A program made the translations under genes and the position numbers. From positions 124,001-188,000 of the IMG/VR virus record IMGVR_UViG_3300042891_000711: a DNA stretch of 64,000 nt, one strand, 5' to 3'. The notes below the pieces were generated by a model. It was not told the DNA's origin, did no database searches, and worked only from the letters and a program-made list of their open reading frames with translations. This document shows positions 27,759 through 37,522 of the stretch, one piece after another (position 1 is the first letter of the stretch; the number at the start of each line of letters is the position of its first letter).

Positions 27759-28741
27759 AAATACTAATCACAGGTGGTGCAGGATTCATTGGACACAATG
27801 TAACTCGCATATTAGAACAGCAAGGTCACGAATGTTATGTCATTGACACCGCAACAGACTATGGCTTTATACCAAAAAAGGAATTAACTTATCTCAAATC
27901 TTCGCGTAAAGAACGTTTTAACTCACGTGTTATACATACTGATATATGTAGCGTTAATCATATCGACAGTATTTTTAGCGCAGTACGTCCAGAGCTAGTA
28001 ATACATCTTGCTAGCTTTCCTAGACAAAAAATAGTCAGTCAGGATCCAATACTTGGGTCAGAAGTAATGACCACTGGATTGATTAATCTGCTGGAAGCCA
28101 GCACACGTTATAACATCAATAAGTTTGTCTACATTAGTTCAAGTATGGTCTACGGTGACTTCAATAATGAATCGTTTGATGGCATCGGTGAATATGTTGA
28201 ATGCAATCCAATTGGGCAGTATGGCATTATGAAATACATGGGCGAGAAACTTGTAGCTGATTATACTCGACGTGTTTGTTTTTCGCACACTATCATTCGT
28301 CCTAGTGCTGTATACGGACCGTGGGACGTTGAAGACAGAGTTGTTAGTAAGTTTATGCTAGCGGCCCTACGTGGAGAAGTATTAAAAGTCAAAGGTGCCA
28401 ATGAAGTTCTGGACTTTACATACGTTGAAGATACTGCCATGGGTATTGCACAGGCCGCACTAAGCGACAATGCCAACAATAAAATTTATAATATAACACG
28501 TTCATCGGACGTAGAATATACACTACTAGATGCTGCTCAGCTTGCTGTTAAGATTGCAGGCAAGGGTAGTATAGAAATTGCAGACCGTGACTTGGCATTT
28601 CCTACACGTGGTAGATTGAATATTATGAATGCAAGAGCAGACTTTGGGTATAATCCCCTAGTTAACGTAGAAGATGGTTTTGCTCGTTATCATGAATGGT
28701 TTACTACATCACCTTTTTGGAACAAACAACTCGCAAAATGA
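27755..28741 (+). CDS. NAD-dependent nucleotide-sugar epimerase/dehydratase
   Basis: ITGGAGFIG, SSSMVYG, YGIMK (YxxxK), VYGP, DFTYVED. Confidence 0.92.
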   Translation: MKILITGGAGFIGHNVTRILEQQGHECYVIDTATDYGFIPKKELTYLKSSRKERFNSRVIHTDICSVNHIDSIFSAVRPELVIHLASFPRQKIVSQDPILGSEVMTTGLINLLEASTRYNINKFVYISSSMVYGDFNNESFDGIGEYVECNPIGQYGIMKYMGEKLVADYTRRVCFSHTIIRPSAVYGPWDVEDRVVSKFMLAALRGEVLKVKGANEVLDFTYVEDTAMGIAQAALSDNANNKIYNITRSSDVEYTLLDAAQLAVKIAGKGSIEIADRDLAFPTRGRLNIMNARADFGYNPLVNVEDGFARYHEWFTTSPFWNKQLAK

Positions 28742-29829
28742 TTCCATTCTTCGGTGTAGATCGTCAATATAAAACAATACGTGAAGAGATACTCGATGTA
28801 ACAGATCTTGTATACTCTAGCGGACAGGTCTTAGACGGACAATATACCAATACGTTTGAACAGACTATAGCCAAACTAACAGAACGCAAGTATGGTGTGG
28901 CTGTTAATAGTTGTACACAGGCATTAGTGTTTGCCCTACGATCAATTGACTTTTATTCCTTATTTCACAAAAACAAAGTATTAATTCCAAGTCAAAGTTT
29001 TGCCGCTACAGTTAATGTTGTATACGAAGCCGGCTTTGAACCTGTGTTCTGTGATGTTGATCCTATCTCAGGATTAATTGATCTTAACAGTATTCCAGTT
29101 AAACCAGATGAAGTTGCAGCTGTTATGTATGTTAACTTGTTTGGCAATATCATCGACTACGATAAATTACAAACGTATGTTACGTTCTTTAATAATCATC
29201 GCATACCTGTAATCGAAGATGCCGCACAATCATTTGGTGCTTACTATCGAGGAGTACCCAGTGGCAAGTTGGGAGACCTTAGTTGTTTAAGTTTTGACCC
29301 AACTAAGAATTTCCCTAACTACGGATCGGGAGGAATGATACTCACAGACGACTACGAATTAGCTGAGCTGTGTATTAATATGCGCGACAACGGCAAGGTG
29401 TCAGAGCATTATACAGTTGGCACTAATAGTAAGATGAGTGAAGTCGATTGTGCGCAGATGCTGGTCAAGTTAAGACACTTTGATGCATGGCAACAGCGTC
29501 GTAAAAACATTGCAGAATATTACACAGAAGAACTAGATGGCCCTGTGCAGATGATTCCTGTAGACCATAATGTTGAACATGCATGGCATAAGTTTGTTAT
29601 ACACTATCCAGAACGTTCGCGTTTATTCTCAGATTTACACTATATGGGTATAGAAACTAAAATACATTATACTGCACCATTGCACATGATGGGTGTTGTC
29701 GGTGGACATGAAGTACTAGTAGGTGCCGAACAGTTTAGTAAAACTTGTTTGAGTTTGCCCATCTATCCAGAGATGACTGATGCAGAAGTTGAAGCAGTTG
29801 TTGATGCTATTAAAGAGTGTACTTGGTAG
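28738..29829 (+). CDS. DegT/DnrJ/EryC1/StrS nucleotide-sugar aminotransferase
   Basis: VNSCTQAL, IEDAAQSFG, SFDPTKN, SLPIYPEM. Confidence 0.92.
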   Translation: MIPFFGVDRQYKTIREEILDVTDLVYSSGQVLDGQYTNTFEQTIAKLTERKYGVAVNSCTQALVFALRSIDFYSLFHKNKVLIPSQSFAATVNVVYEAGFEPVFCDVDPISGLIDLNSIPVKPDEVAAVMYVNLFGNIIDYDKLQTYVTFFNNHRIPVIEDAAQSFGAYYRGVPSGKLGDLSCLSFDPTKNFPNYGSGGMILTDDYELAELCINMRDNGKVSEHYTVGTNSKMSEVDCAQMLVKLRHFDAWQQRRKNIAEYYTEELDGPVQMIPVDHNVEHAWHKFVIHYPERSRLFSDLHYMGIETKIHYTAPLHMMGVVGGHEVLVGAEQFSKTCLSLPIYPEMTDAEVEAVVDAIKECTW

Positions 29830-32428
29830 CGTAATACTGTTTCAACCACGCCCATTCAAACGTCAGCATTAGTTTAGCGTAATCACCAGCAACATCATTA
29901 TAATATTCTAGTGCGTCCTGTGCACCTTGTAAACTCGATTCTGCACAGTTACCTTCAGCTGTTGTTAACCATCTGTCCAATCGATAACGACTTTCGATAC
30001 TGCCAGTGCGTTCGACATCATCTTTAAGTTTAATACACTCTCTAAACGCAGTACGCCATGTTAGCTCAGGTGTAGTATTATAATGCGCTGTAGCACTTAG
30101 TAGAGGCACTACAGCATGTGCTTTGCTCAATGTGAAGTCTAGTCCCGTGTCTGTTGTTTCGATTACTAGGCGTTTGTTATACGCAATTACACCCATGTGT
30201 CCGTACTCTAATCCGTTAACCGGATTCTTACTATGGAATATGTAGTGCTTAGGACCTTGTAAGTAGTCTGGTTGCCAATTCCAATCAAACGCTGTGTTAA
30301 CTTCTAATTTAGCAAACACAGCAAAGAACCAAGGTGTTGTACTAAGTTCAGCGGCGGCTTTGTAAGCGTTAGCTCGACCATCAACATTTTGCACACGTTT
30401 AACTGATCTACGTGTCAGGTCTACGGTACTAATTAAATGTTCATACCAACGTTCTGCATCTGGCTCACCATTGCTGATGTAGATAATATCCAATGCATGT
30501 TCATCGAACATAGGCATTTTAGTAATATAAGGATAATCGTATGCTTGTGTATTGATGGCAGATTTGGCGTCTCTAGGGGCTAAAATATAGCTGTTTCCGG
30601 CTGAAAAACCAACGATTTGACGGTCTTTTGCGTACCAAATGCTGGGATTATACTGTACACCACGATCATAGTTAAAAAAGTATGTAAACGGATGTTTAAA
30701 TTCATGCGACTTAATTGCCGCAATTAAATTGTCACCTTCATACTGTTGTCCGGGGATAGGCAAGCGGGGCACTCGTTGTTCTTCGCAGTAGTTAATAACA
30801 TTAAACCAATCCAACATCTCGAGCTCAACCATTTGCAGTTTAAAACTTTCTACGTGTATGTAGAATGTATCACCACGTGCTTGATTGGCACTAGGAAACA
30901 CGTGTATCATTTCTTTCTGCCAGGGTTCTGGTTGCCAGCTAAAGTCAAAGCGGGCATAATCACATAGACTGCTGATTATCCATACGTGTTCTGTTGAGGC
31001 AGTTGCCATAATACGTTTAAAGGTATCAAGGTAGTTGTCAACATATCGAGTCGATTTAATATCGGGGTGTTTCTTTTGTAGTTGCTCAAGTTGATCATTA
31101 TCATTGCCATGATCCACAAAGTAAATGTCATGCAGGTCGTCTGGTATTATAATACTTTGATCTTGTACAAAGTTTAGGTTTGGAAATTCTTCTAAGCTGT
31201 TAGCCCATGCGGATGTACGTTCAAATTCCCAACGATTAATTAAATAGGTATCACTCCACTTTTGATGTTGTGAACCAAATACATGTGTCATGTAACTTTG
31301 CCACGGTTCAGCATGCCATGCAAAGTTAAAGTCATCGTAGACGTTTTCACTACTGATAACCCAAAACTTACTGGTCTTTGCTCGTGCTACACAACGACGA
31401 ATTGTGTCAATCATTGAATTAACATAGCGTACTCGTTGTACCTGTGGATACTGTTCAACTAATTTTTCATAACGTGCGGCCGAACTAGCATTGCTCCGGT
31501 CAATAAAGAATATATCTAATACTTGTATCACCGGGTTATCGTGTTGTCCTATAGTAGGAATATCTCCAGCAAACTTAACTTCGGTTGCACCCGGCGCAGT
31601 ATAGGTCAGTCCGATACTAGATTGAAACTCTGAGCCAAAATGATAGATGTAGGGAGGATCCTGCGGATGCGGCACCCATCCAAAGTCTACAGTATCTGCA
31701 TTGACTTCTTCTGGTATAGTCCATAAGGTACGATCAGGTAAGGTACGTGCTACCACTACATCAATATATTTTTCTTGTGTAGCACCCGGTACGTGATATT
31801 CAGGACCGCCCACTGCATTCCACACTGTAGGGAATTTATATATATAGGGTTCTTCTGCTGGGTGTGGTACCCAACTAAAGTCAAATGATTCTTTGTCTAT
31901 ATTAGCAGGTACCTGCCAACGACTCATGTCACTGAGTGTGCGAGCAAAGAAATCATCTACAAACTTAACAGCAGTTGCACCAGGTACACGATATTCTGGA
32001 CCACCAATACGCTCCCATCCCCACTTAACAGGGAACTGATATACGTATGGTGGATCCAATGGATCAGGTGCCCATCTTTGATCAATACTGGCGGGATCTA
32101 TGTTATCAGGTACATGCCAATAGTCTAAATTAGGCAGACGATGTGTGTATGTTTCTTTATGGTAGTTGTGTACTTTATCTTGTACAGTATACTTGTTAGC
32201 AAAGTAGGTGCCACCATCCTGTTGCCATTGGTTTGCCCACGTATGTATTTGATGCTGTTCCCAAGGCACTGCACGGAAATTAAAATCAAATCCTGTGTAG
32301 TCATTCTGTCCATCTATGTACCAAAAGAATTTAGTGCGACTTAGTTCAGCCGCTTTGGCTAGTGTATCGGCCGGCAGTTCAAAAGGAAATAAGTTGGGCT
32401 TAGGGCCCTTATAGAATACATCAAACAT
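29810..32428 (-). CDS. Multidomain glycosyltransferase-like protein (tandem GT-A-like domains plus Trp/Pro repeats)
   Basis: Repeated DIFFID/DIYFVD/DIIYIS domains; C-terminal domain paralogous to 45940..46836; three ~62-aa W/P-rich repeats. Confidence 0.55.
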   Translation of the reverse strand: MFDVFYKGPKPNLFPFELPADTLAKAAELSRTKFFWYIDGQNDYTGFDFNFRAVPWEQHQIHTWANQWQQDGGTYFANKYTVQDKVHNYHKETYTHRLPNLDYWHVPDNIDPASIDQRWAPDPLDPPYVYQFPVKWGWERIGGPEYRVPGATAVKFVDDFFARTLSDMSRWQVPANIDKESFDFSWVPHPAEEPYIYKFPTVWNAVGGPEYHVPGATQEKYIDVVVARTLPDRTLWTIPEEVNADTVDFGWVPHPQDPPYIYHFGSEFQSSIGLTYTAPGATEVKFAGDIPTIGQHDNPVIQVLDIFFIDRSNASSAARYEKLVEQYPQVQRVRYVNSMIDTIRRCVARAKTSKFWVISSENVYDDFNFAWHAEPWQSYMTHVFGSQHQKWSDTYLINRWEFERTSAWANSLEEFPNLNFVQDQSIIIPDDLHDIYFVDHGNDNDQLEQLQKKHPDIKSTRYVDNYLDTFKRIMATASTEHVWIISSLCDYARFDFSWQPEPWQKEMIHVFPSANQARGDTFYIHVESFKLQMVELEMLDWFNVINYCEEQRVPRLPIPGQQYEGDNLIAAIKSHEFKHPFTYFFNYDRGVQYNPSIWYAKDRQIVGFSAGNSYILAPRDAKSAINTQAYDYPYITKMPMFDEHALDIIYISNGEPDAERWYEHLISTVDLTRRSVKRVQNVDGRANAYKAAAELSTTPWFFAVFAKLEVNTAFDWNWQPDYLQGPKHYIFHSKNPVNGLEYGHMGVIAYNKRLVIETTDTGLDFTLSKAHAVVPLLSATAHYNTTPELTWRTAFRECIKLKDDVERTGSIESRYRLDRWLTTAEGNCAESSLQGAQDALEYYNDVAGDYAKLMLTFEWAWLKQYYATKYTL
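31570..32119 (-). repeat. Three tandem ~62-aa protein repeats
   Basis: W.(V/I)P..(I/V)....D..W.P.P...PY.Y.F......G..Y..PGAT..K repeated three times. Confidence 0.85.
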
Positions 32429-32855
32429 CTAACTGTTCTACTTCCACTCCCGAAGCCTTAAGGAAATTGACTCCACTATCATCGCGATAACTAGTAGCGT
32501 AGTAAACTCGTTTGATACCACTTTGGTATATGAGCTTGGCACAATCCAAACAAGGACTATGAGTAACAAATAAGTCAGCATCAAGTCCAGACTCAGTGCT
32601 CCTGGCTAGTTTTGCAAGTGCGTTAGTTTCAGCATGTAGGACTTCCGGTTTAGTTTTAATCGTGCCATCGTCAAGTTCATACTCGCAGTTATTATCCCAA
32701 CCAGTAGGCATACCATTGTAGCCAATTGAAATAATTCTGTCGTCTTTAACTACTAGTGCACCAACTTTAAGTCTACGTGCTGTGCTTAGATCACTGTAGA
32801 GATGTGCAGCTCGCATGTGTGCTAGTTTATATTTTGTTTTCATTCTAGTATCCAA
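32421..32855 (-). CDS. dCMP deaminase
   Basis: KVGAL, GYNG, HAETNAL, SPCLDCAK Zn-binding motifs. Confidence 0.93.
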   Translation of the reverse strand: MDTRMKTKYKLAHMRAAHLYSDLSTARRLKVGALVVKDDRIISIGYNGMPTGWDNNCEYELDDGTIKTKPEVLHAETNALAKLARSTESGLDADLFVTHSPCLDCAKLIYQSGIKRVYYATSYRDDSGVNFLKASGVEVEQLDV

Positions 32856-33274
32856 ACTAAATCAGCCAAGGTCTTACTCCATTGATCAATATCATCAAAT
32901 GTAGTAATACGGAAATCATATTCTTCAATGGACAAAGGTTCAAACAATTGATTAGTATCTTCGTAACGACCAGACCGAATAGTATCCATCCAAACCACTA
33001 GATCAGCATCAAATATTTTTCTCAGTTCCCGTGTGGGACAGACAAAATCGCATATGGCAATTATATCTCGTTGCTCAATTGCAGTTGCGATATGTCGCAT
33101 GCGATGTGCTTGTCGTAGTCTACCTTCACTGGTAAAATCCCAATCGTTGGTGGCCTGTCGGACTTCGTCGGCATTAACCCACTCTACAGCAAAGTTATTG
33201 GCTATTTCTTCTGTTAACCGTTCAGCTAACGTAGTTTTACCTGAGCCGGGTAGGCCACAAATTAAGATTTTCAT
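32840..33274 (-). CDS. cysC: Adenylyl-sulfate (APS) kinase-like protein
   Basis: GLPGSGKTTLA P-loop, NADEVR, DFT.EGR.RQ, FVCP, FEP; start ATG 33274. Confidence 0.75.
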   Translation of the reverse strand: MKILICGLPGSGKTTLAERLTEEIANNFAVEWVNADEVRQATNDWDFTSEGRLRQAHRMRHIATAIEQRDIIAICDFVCPTRELRKIFDADLVVWMDTIRSGRYEDTNQLFEPLSIEEYDFRITTFDDIDQWSKTLADLVWILE

Positions 33275-33281
33275 ATTAGTT

Positions 33282-33310
33282 ATTATACAACCATTTTTAA
33301 TGTACGTCAA
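33282..33310 (-). promoter_or_regulatory. sigma70 promoter, probably leaderless cysC mRNA
   Basis: TTGACG-17 nt-TATAAT on - strand, ATG 7 nt downstream. Confidence 0.7.
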
Positions 33311-33352
33311 GTATTTAATATCATGTAGCTGCCCCAAATAATAAATACAAGC

Positions 33353-34594
33353 ATGAATGTACTAATTCTTACACCCGACAGAGTTGGGTCAACCCTGCTA
33401 CAAAGATTGCTTACCGTGTATATGTTAAGAAAAGGGTTTGATAAACCAGTAATTAACCTACATGAGTTAACCAACGGACTAGTACAATATTACAATACTA
33501 CCATAAATCAAACTGTTCTGGGTAAACCCGAAGGTCAAGACTGGGGATACCATCAATCCTTGTCCGAAGTTATTGAATTGCTATCTTCAACAGACCATTA
33601 TAAAACTAGTAGACTAGCACACTATCATATTGTTAATAGACAGGATTCTATTGCCGAACAATTAAAGTTTTATGATTATCTCAATAAGAATTTTTATATA
33701 ATCAGCTGTCGTAGAGAAAATCTATTGGAGCATGCACTAAGCTGGTCAATTAATGCGCATAGTAAAAAATTAAATGTATACAGTCCACACGAAAAGATTA
33801 ATTCATTTTATGATATCTATCGTAACGGTATAGAAGTTCAACGAGATACTATGTATGCTCATTTAAAAAAATATAAAGAATATATCGATTGGTCTGACAG
33901 ATATTTTAACATACAGTCACATTTTTATTATGAAAATGATGTGCCTAAGATTGAAGATTATATTTTAAATTTAGATTTTATGCAAGGGCACGCCAACAAC
34001 TCCTGGCAGGATATGTTTGGGCAAAGCTTCGTCGACTATAATACCTGTCACAAACTTATTCCAGATTTATTGTTGTCTAATAATGTTACTGCCGATACAA
34101 CAAAAATCAGTCGTCCACAGTGGGCGTGGAATTCTGAGTCGCTTAATGAATTAAATTGGAATACTGTTAAAGGGAAAGATTGGCCAGAGTACGATGATGT
34201 AACTGTTGAATCATTTAATAAACTGCCAGCACCTATACAATCAGAACTTACTGAATTTGGCTATAACCCAAACAAGTATTCAGTATCAGTTACTGCTGAT
34301 GTTTACAATTTTTTAAACCAGCATGTTGCACAGTATAAAGACACAGATGACCAACTGAACAAACTAGTACAAGATGGATTCTTAGTAACAGGCATTCCAA
34401 TTAAACTACAGTCGTTCAGTGAAAAGAAATCTATTGTTAGAAACTTTAACGAATGTGTCGATTGGTATAATGAGTGGACTGTGGATAATTCCTATGGAAA
34501 GAAATATTCTGCGGAAGACATAAGTCAATTATGCATCATTGAAGATACTCGATTGACATTGCCTTTAGTGACTGTTAGTAAATTACTTTCATAA
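33353..34594 (+). CDS. Sulfotransferase-like P-loop protein (Stf0-like), inverted relative to neighbours
   Basis: ILTPDRVGSTLL (5'-PSB-like), LHE, RRENLLEHALS (3'-PB-like), FYYE. Confidence 0.55.
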   Translation: MNVLILTPDRVGSTLLQRLLTVYMLRKGFDKPVINLHELTNGLVQYYNTTINQTVLGKPEGQDWGYHQSLSEVIELLSSTDHYKTSRLAHYHIVNRQDSIAEQLKFYDYLNKNFYIISCRRENLLEHALSWSINAHSKKLNVYSPHEKINSFYDIYRNGIEVQRDTMYAHLKKYKEYIDWSDRYFNIQSHFYYENDVPKIEDYILNLDFMQGHANNSWQDMFGQSFVDYNTCHKLIPDLLLSNNVTADTTKISRPQWAWNSESLNELNWNTVKGKDWPEYDDVTVESFNKLPAPIQSELTEFGYNPNKYSVSVTADVYNFLNQHVAQYKDTDDQLNKLVQDGFLVTGIPIKLQSFSEKKSIVRNFNECVDWYNEWTVDNSYGKKYSAEDISQLCIIEDTRLTLPLVTVSKLLS

Positions 34595-35423
34595 GGTCTG
34601 ACACAAAATTAGTTGCAGTAGCTTTGTCATAATGGTGACCATCTCTTGCTAGATCAACCTGTGTCAACTGAATAATATTATTACGAATTGCCGAATCGGT
34701 TAGATGTATGTACTCGTAGTAATCATTATAAAAATCATACGTACTTAACTCTTCTTTAATGTTCACAGGAAGGGAATCAAATTCTAGTTTTGTGCGAGGT
34801 GCAGTGGGCCATGTATCTCCACTAAGTTTTTTCCATTTAATATTGAAAAATTCTTCATTTTCTATACGGTACGCACCAGGAATCATTGAATGAATTAATT
34901 TAGTAGTGGTTACAGCGGTATTAACGGCATCTAAATTTTTATCAAAATTATGTAAATAAACTTTATTATCTAAATCAGTATATGCCAGGCGGCGATTCTC
35001 GTCAATCTTAGTGTCATCTGTGTCTTCAGCTCGTTCAACATAAGTCCACTGGATAATTATACATCGAGGAGTTATAGTTTCTAACAAGCGTAGTACTTTT
35101 CTTGCGATCCAATCATTGCTGGCGCCGTCCATACTAACATTAATACACCGAATGTTAGTTTTATTTTGTAATATGTTTACCCAAGTATGCTCTAATGGGC
35201 TACCCAATCCTACTGTAAAACTATCACCAAAGCACCATATTGCATCGGTTATGTTATCGGGCCATTCACTGTCTCTGAATCCTCGAGAATTGTAATTGTA
35301 TTCAATGGCATAAGGATAAGAATTAAAATGATGTTTATCCGTGCAATATTTCTCAGAATCTATACCAGATTCATTCCATACTTTATGTTGTCTGGTAGTT
35401 AATATAAAATCTGGTAGTATCAA
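34575..35423 (-). CDS. SGNH/GDSL-family hydrolase or acyltransferase
   Basis: YNSRGFRD, FGDSFTVG, GASND, ARDGHHY. Confidence 0.75.
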   Translation of the reverse strand: MILPDFILTTRQHKVWNESGIDSEKYCTDKHHFNSYPYAIEYNYNSRGFRDSEWPDNITDAIWCFGDSFTVGLGSPLEHTWVNILQNKTNIRCINVSMDGASNDWIARKVLRLLETITPRCIIIQWTYVERAEDTDDTKIDENRRLAYTDLDNKVYLHNFDKNLDAVNTAVTTTKLIHSMIPGAYRIENEEFFNIKWKKLSGDTWPTAPRTKLEFDSLPVNIKEELSTYDFYNDYYEYIHLTDSAIRNNIIQLTQVDLARDGHHYDKATATNFVSDLMKVIY

Positions 35424-36910
35424 GATAAAACTCGAATTCCGTATAACTGCTCAAAGCGGTCAGCATCTGCACGATCGTTAACCATCGGTTCACCACGTAC
35501 ATTTAAACTTGTATTAAGTAACATAGGACAACCTGTCCAAGTATACCACAAGCACAATAGTTCACGTATACCACTGCCATCTCTGGGCACAGTCTGTACA
35601 CGACTTGTACCATCTACATGTATTATAGCAGGAAATTCATCGGGTCGCAGGCACTTTGCAGTTGTTTGCATGTATCTGCTTGTGGCAAATCCGTTGGGCA
35701 TTTCAAAATACTCATCAACAAACTCCTCTAGTATTATAGGAGCGAATGGTCTAAACTTCTGTCTACGTTTAATTTGATTAACTGCATCTTTAATGTCAGG
35801 GCCACGTGGGTCGGCTAATAAACTACGATTGCCCAATGCTCTAGGGCCAAACTCTGCACGGCCGCTAGCAACGCCAACGATCTTATTGGTCATTAGCTCA
35901 GAGACAACATCGGTGACAGGATAACTGCCACTAATATTATGGCCAAGAAAAGCATTATTCCAATTAAGTTTACCCCCGTGTGCCAATGCCGCCGCTCCAA
36001 GGCTGCTACCAGCATCACCAGGATTAGGCATAATCCATATTTCATCAAAGTATTCTCCTAGATCTCTATTAGCACTGCAATTAAGAGCAACTCCGCCAGC
36101 ATATACTAAATTACTATTAGGTGCTAGCTTCTTTGCCTTGTACATAATATTATGTATCAATTGTTCTGTTAATGTCTGTGCCGCATTAGCAATTTCAAAA
36201 TCATTCCAACGAGCTCGCATGTCATTATCGGGTAGACCAATATGTAGATTGTGTTTTAATGTTAGATTAAACTCATGGTCAACTAACCAAGTTGACAGTT
36301 GATCACTTAGACGTGTGGTATTTTGTTTTGCCCAACCTGCCATACCCATCAAGATGTATTCTTCATCTAGTGGTTTAAGTCCAACTTCTTTAGTAAATGC
36401 ACTGTACATCAAGCCGATGCTGTGTGGATATAGTTGTCGCCATACTCGGGTGTATTCAGCACGGCCATTGACATACTTAGCTGACCATATGCTTATGGTG
36501 TCCCACTCGCCGATGGCATCGATTACCACAACTGTTGCGCTGTCAAACGGGCTAGTTTGAAAGCCGGCCGCTGCATGACTTAAATGATGATTGTATGTAT
36601 TAATCGGAGTAGAACTCAACCACGGAGCGACTTTGTGTATCATGTTGCGCACACTCCAGCCTTTAGTTAGTTCGCTGTACTGGCCAGCATAGAGTTGACG
36701 TGTCTTTTTAACCCAGGGTCTTTCGTAGTAGGCAATTAGATCAGGTTCGCCATGATTAAATATGCAATCTTTAAACAGTTCACTGTTTAAATTTGGATCG
36801 TGTTTAATCTTGCTGTAACGTTCAGCATGGCCCGCAAAGACAATGTCATCGCCTTTGATTAATGTAATTGCTGCGTCATGAAACCCAGCCGAGATGCCTA
36901 ATATGTTCAT
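35420..36910 (-). CDS. Carbamoyltransferase (NodU/CmcH/TobZ family)
   Basis: GISAGFHDAA, HHLSHAA, GGVALN, EFGPRALGNRS, RPFAP, HVDGTSRVQTV, LNTSLN. Confidence 0.95.
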   Translation of the reverse strand: MNILGISAGFHDAAITLIKGDDIVFAGHAERYSKIKHDPNLNSELFKDCIFNHGEPDLIAYYERPWVKKTRQLYAGQYSELTKGWSVRNMIHKVAPWLSSTPINTYNHHLSHAAAGFQTSPFDSATVVVIDAIGEWDTISIWSAKYVNGRAEYTRVWRQLYPHSIGLMYSAFTKEVGLKPLDEEYILMGMAGWAKQNTTRLSDQLSTWLVDHEFNLTLKHNLHIGLPDNDMRARWNDFEIANAAQTLTEQLIHNIMYKAKKLAPNSNLVYAGGVALNCSANRDLGEYFDEIWIMPNPGDAGSSLGAAALAHGGKLNWNNAFLGHNISGSYPVTDVVSELMTNKIVGVASGRAEFGPRALGNRSLLADPRGPDIKDAVNQIKRRQKFRPFAPIILEEFVDEYFEMPNGFATSRYMQTTAKCLRPDEFPAIIHVDGTSRVQTVPRDGSGIRELLCLWYTWTGCPMLLNTSLNVRGEPMVNDRADADRFEQLYGIRVLS

Positions 36911-37424
36911 TGATTACTTCCGCTATTCGTTGATGCCCTAGTTCCAGTGGATGTCCACCCGGTCCTTTTGGACAATCACCCATCCATTCTACTATGCCTT
37001 GGTTTGGCCAGCCTAGCCAACATGATAATCCTGTGTCAGTTGCTTGTTGTTGTATATCAAAGGTACTTACAAACACGTGTGGTATATTGTGTAAATAGGC
37101 ATCTAATAACTTAGTCTGTACTATAAATTTTTTATAAGCCCATGCAGTGTCCCAGTCAGCAAATACACTATTGACTACAGGACCATATTTTTTATAACTA
37201 GCCGATGTTAAATGTTTGCCAGGCAATTCAATACGGTTAGGACTAGTCCATGCTACGATTACATAATCAACTGAATGTGTGTCGACATAGTCAACTGTTG
37301 ATCTAAGTATGTAATCATTACTAGCACCAGGAACACTAATGTTTACAGTGCCACTGATTAAATCAGGCCATGCAACTTCGCTTTCTTCACCTGCGGTAAA
37401 ACTATCGCCATTGACTAAAATCAT
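36876..37424 (-). CDS. SGNH-family protein
   Basis: NGDSFTAG, GASNDYI, WTSPNR, GGHPLELGH. Confidence 0.75.
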   Translation of the reverse strand: MILVNGDSFTAGEESEVAWPDLISGTVNISVPGASNDYILRSTVDYVDTHSVDYVIVAWTSPNRIELPGKHLTSASYKKYGPVVNSVFADWDTAWAYKKFIVQTKLLDAYLHNIPHVFVSTFDIQQQATDTGLSCWLGWPNQGIVEWMGDCPKGPGGHPLELGHQRIAEVINEHIRHLGWVS

Positions 37425-37522
37425 TTATAGATAAAAGGATCGCGTTTACGTAATTCTTTTAATTTTTTACGATAGTTTATTTCTAATCGAATTCTACTGT
37501 ATAAATTCTTTAACCAGTTCAT
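37421..37522 (-). CDS. 33-aa basic peptide MNWLKNLYSRIRLEINYRKKLKELRKRDPFIYK (not in ORF track)
   Basis: Manual translation; GGAG 7 nt upstream of the ATG; TGA overlaps ATG of next gene (ATGA). Confidence 0.75.
   Translation of the reverse strand: MNWLKNLYSRIRLEINYRKKLKELRKRDPFIYK

Noticed and set aside
29810-29829. Convergent 20-nt gene overlap at the strand switch as a regulatory element
   Set aside because: No hairpin or repeat; short convergent overlaps are common in compact phage genomes.
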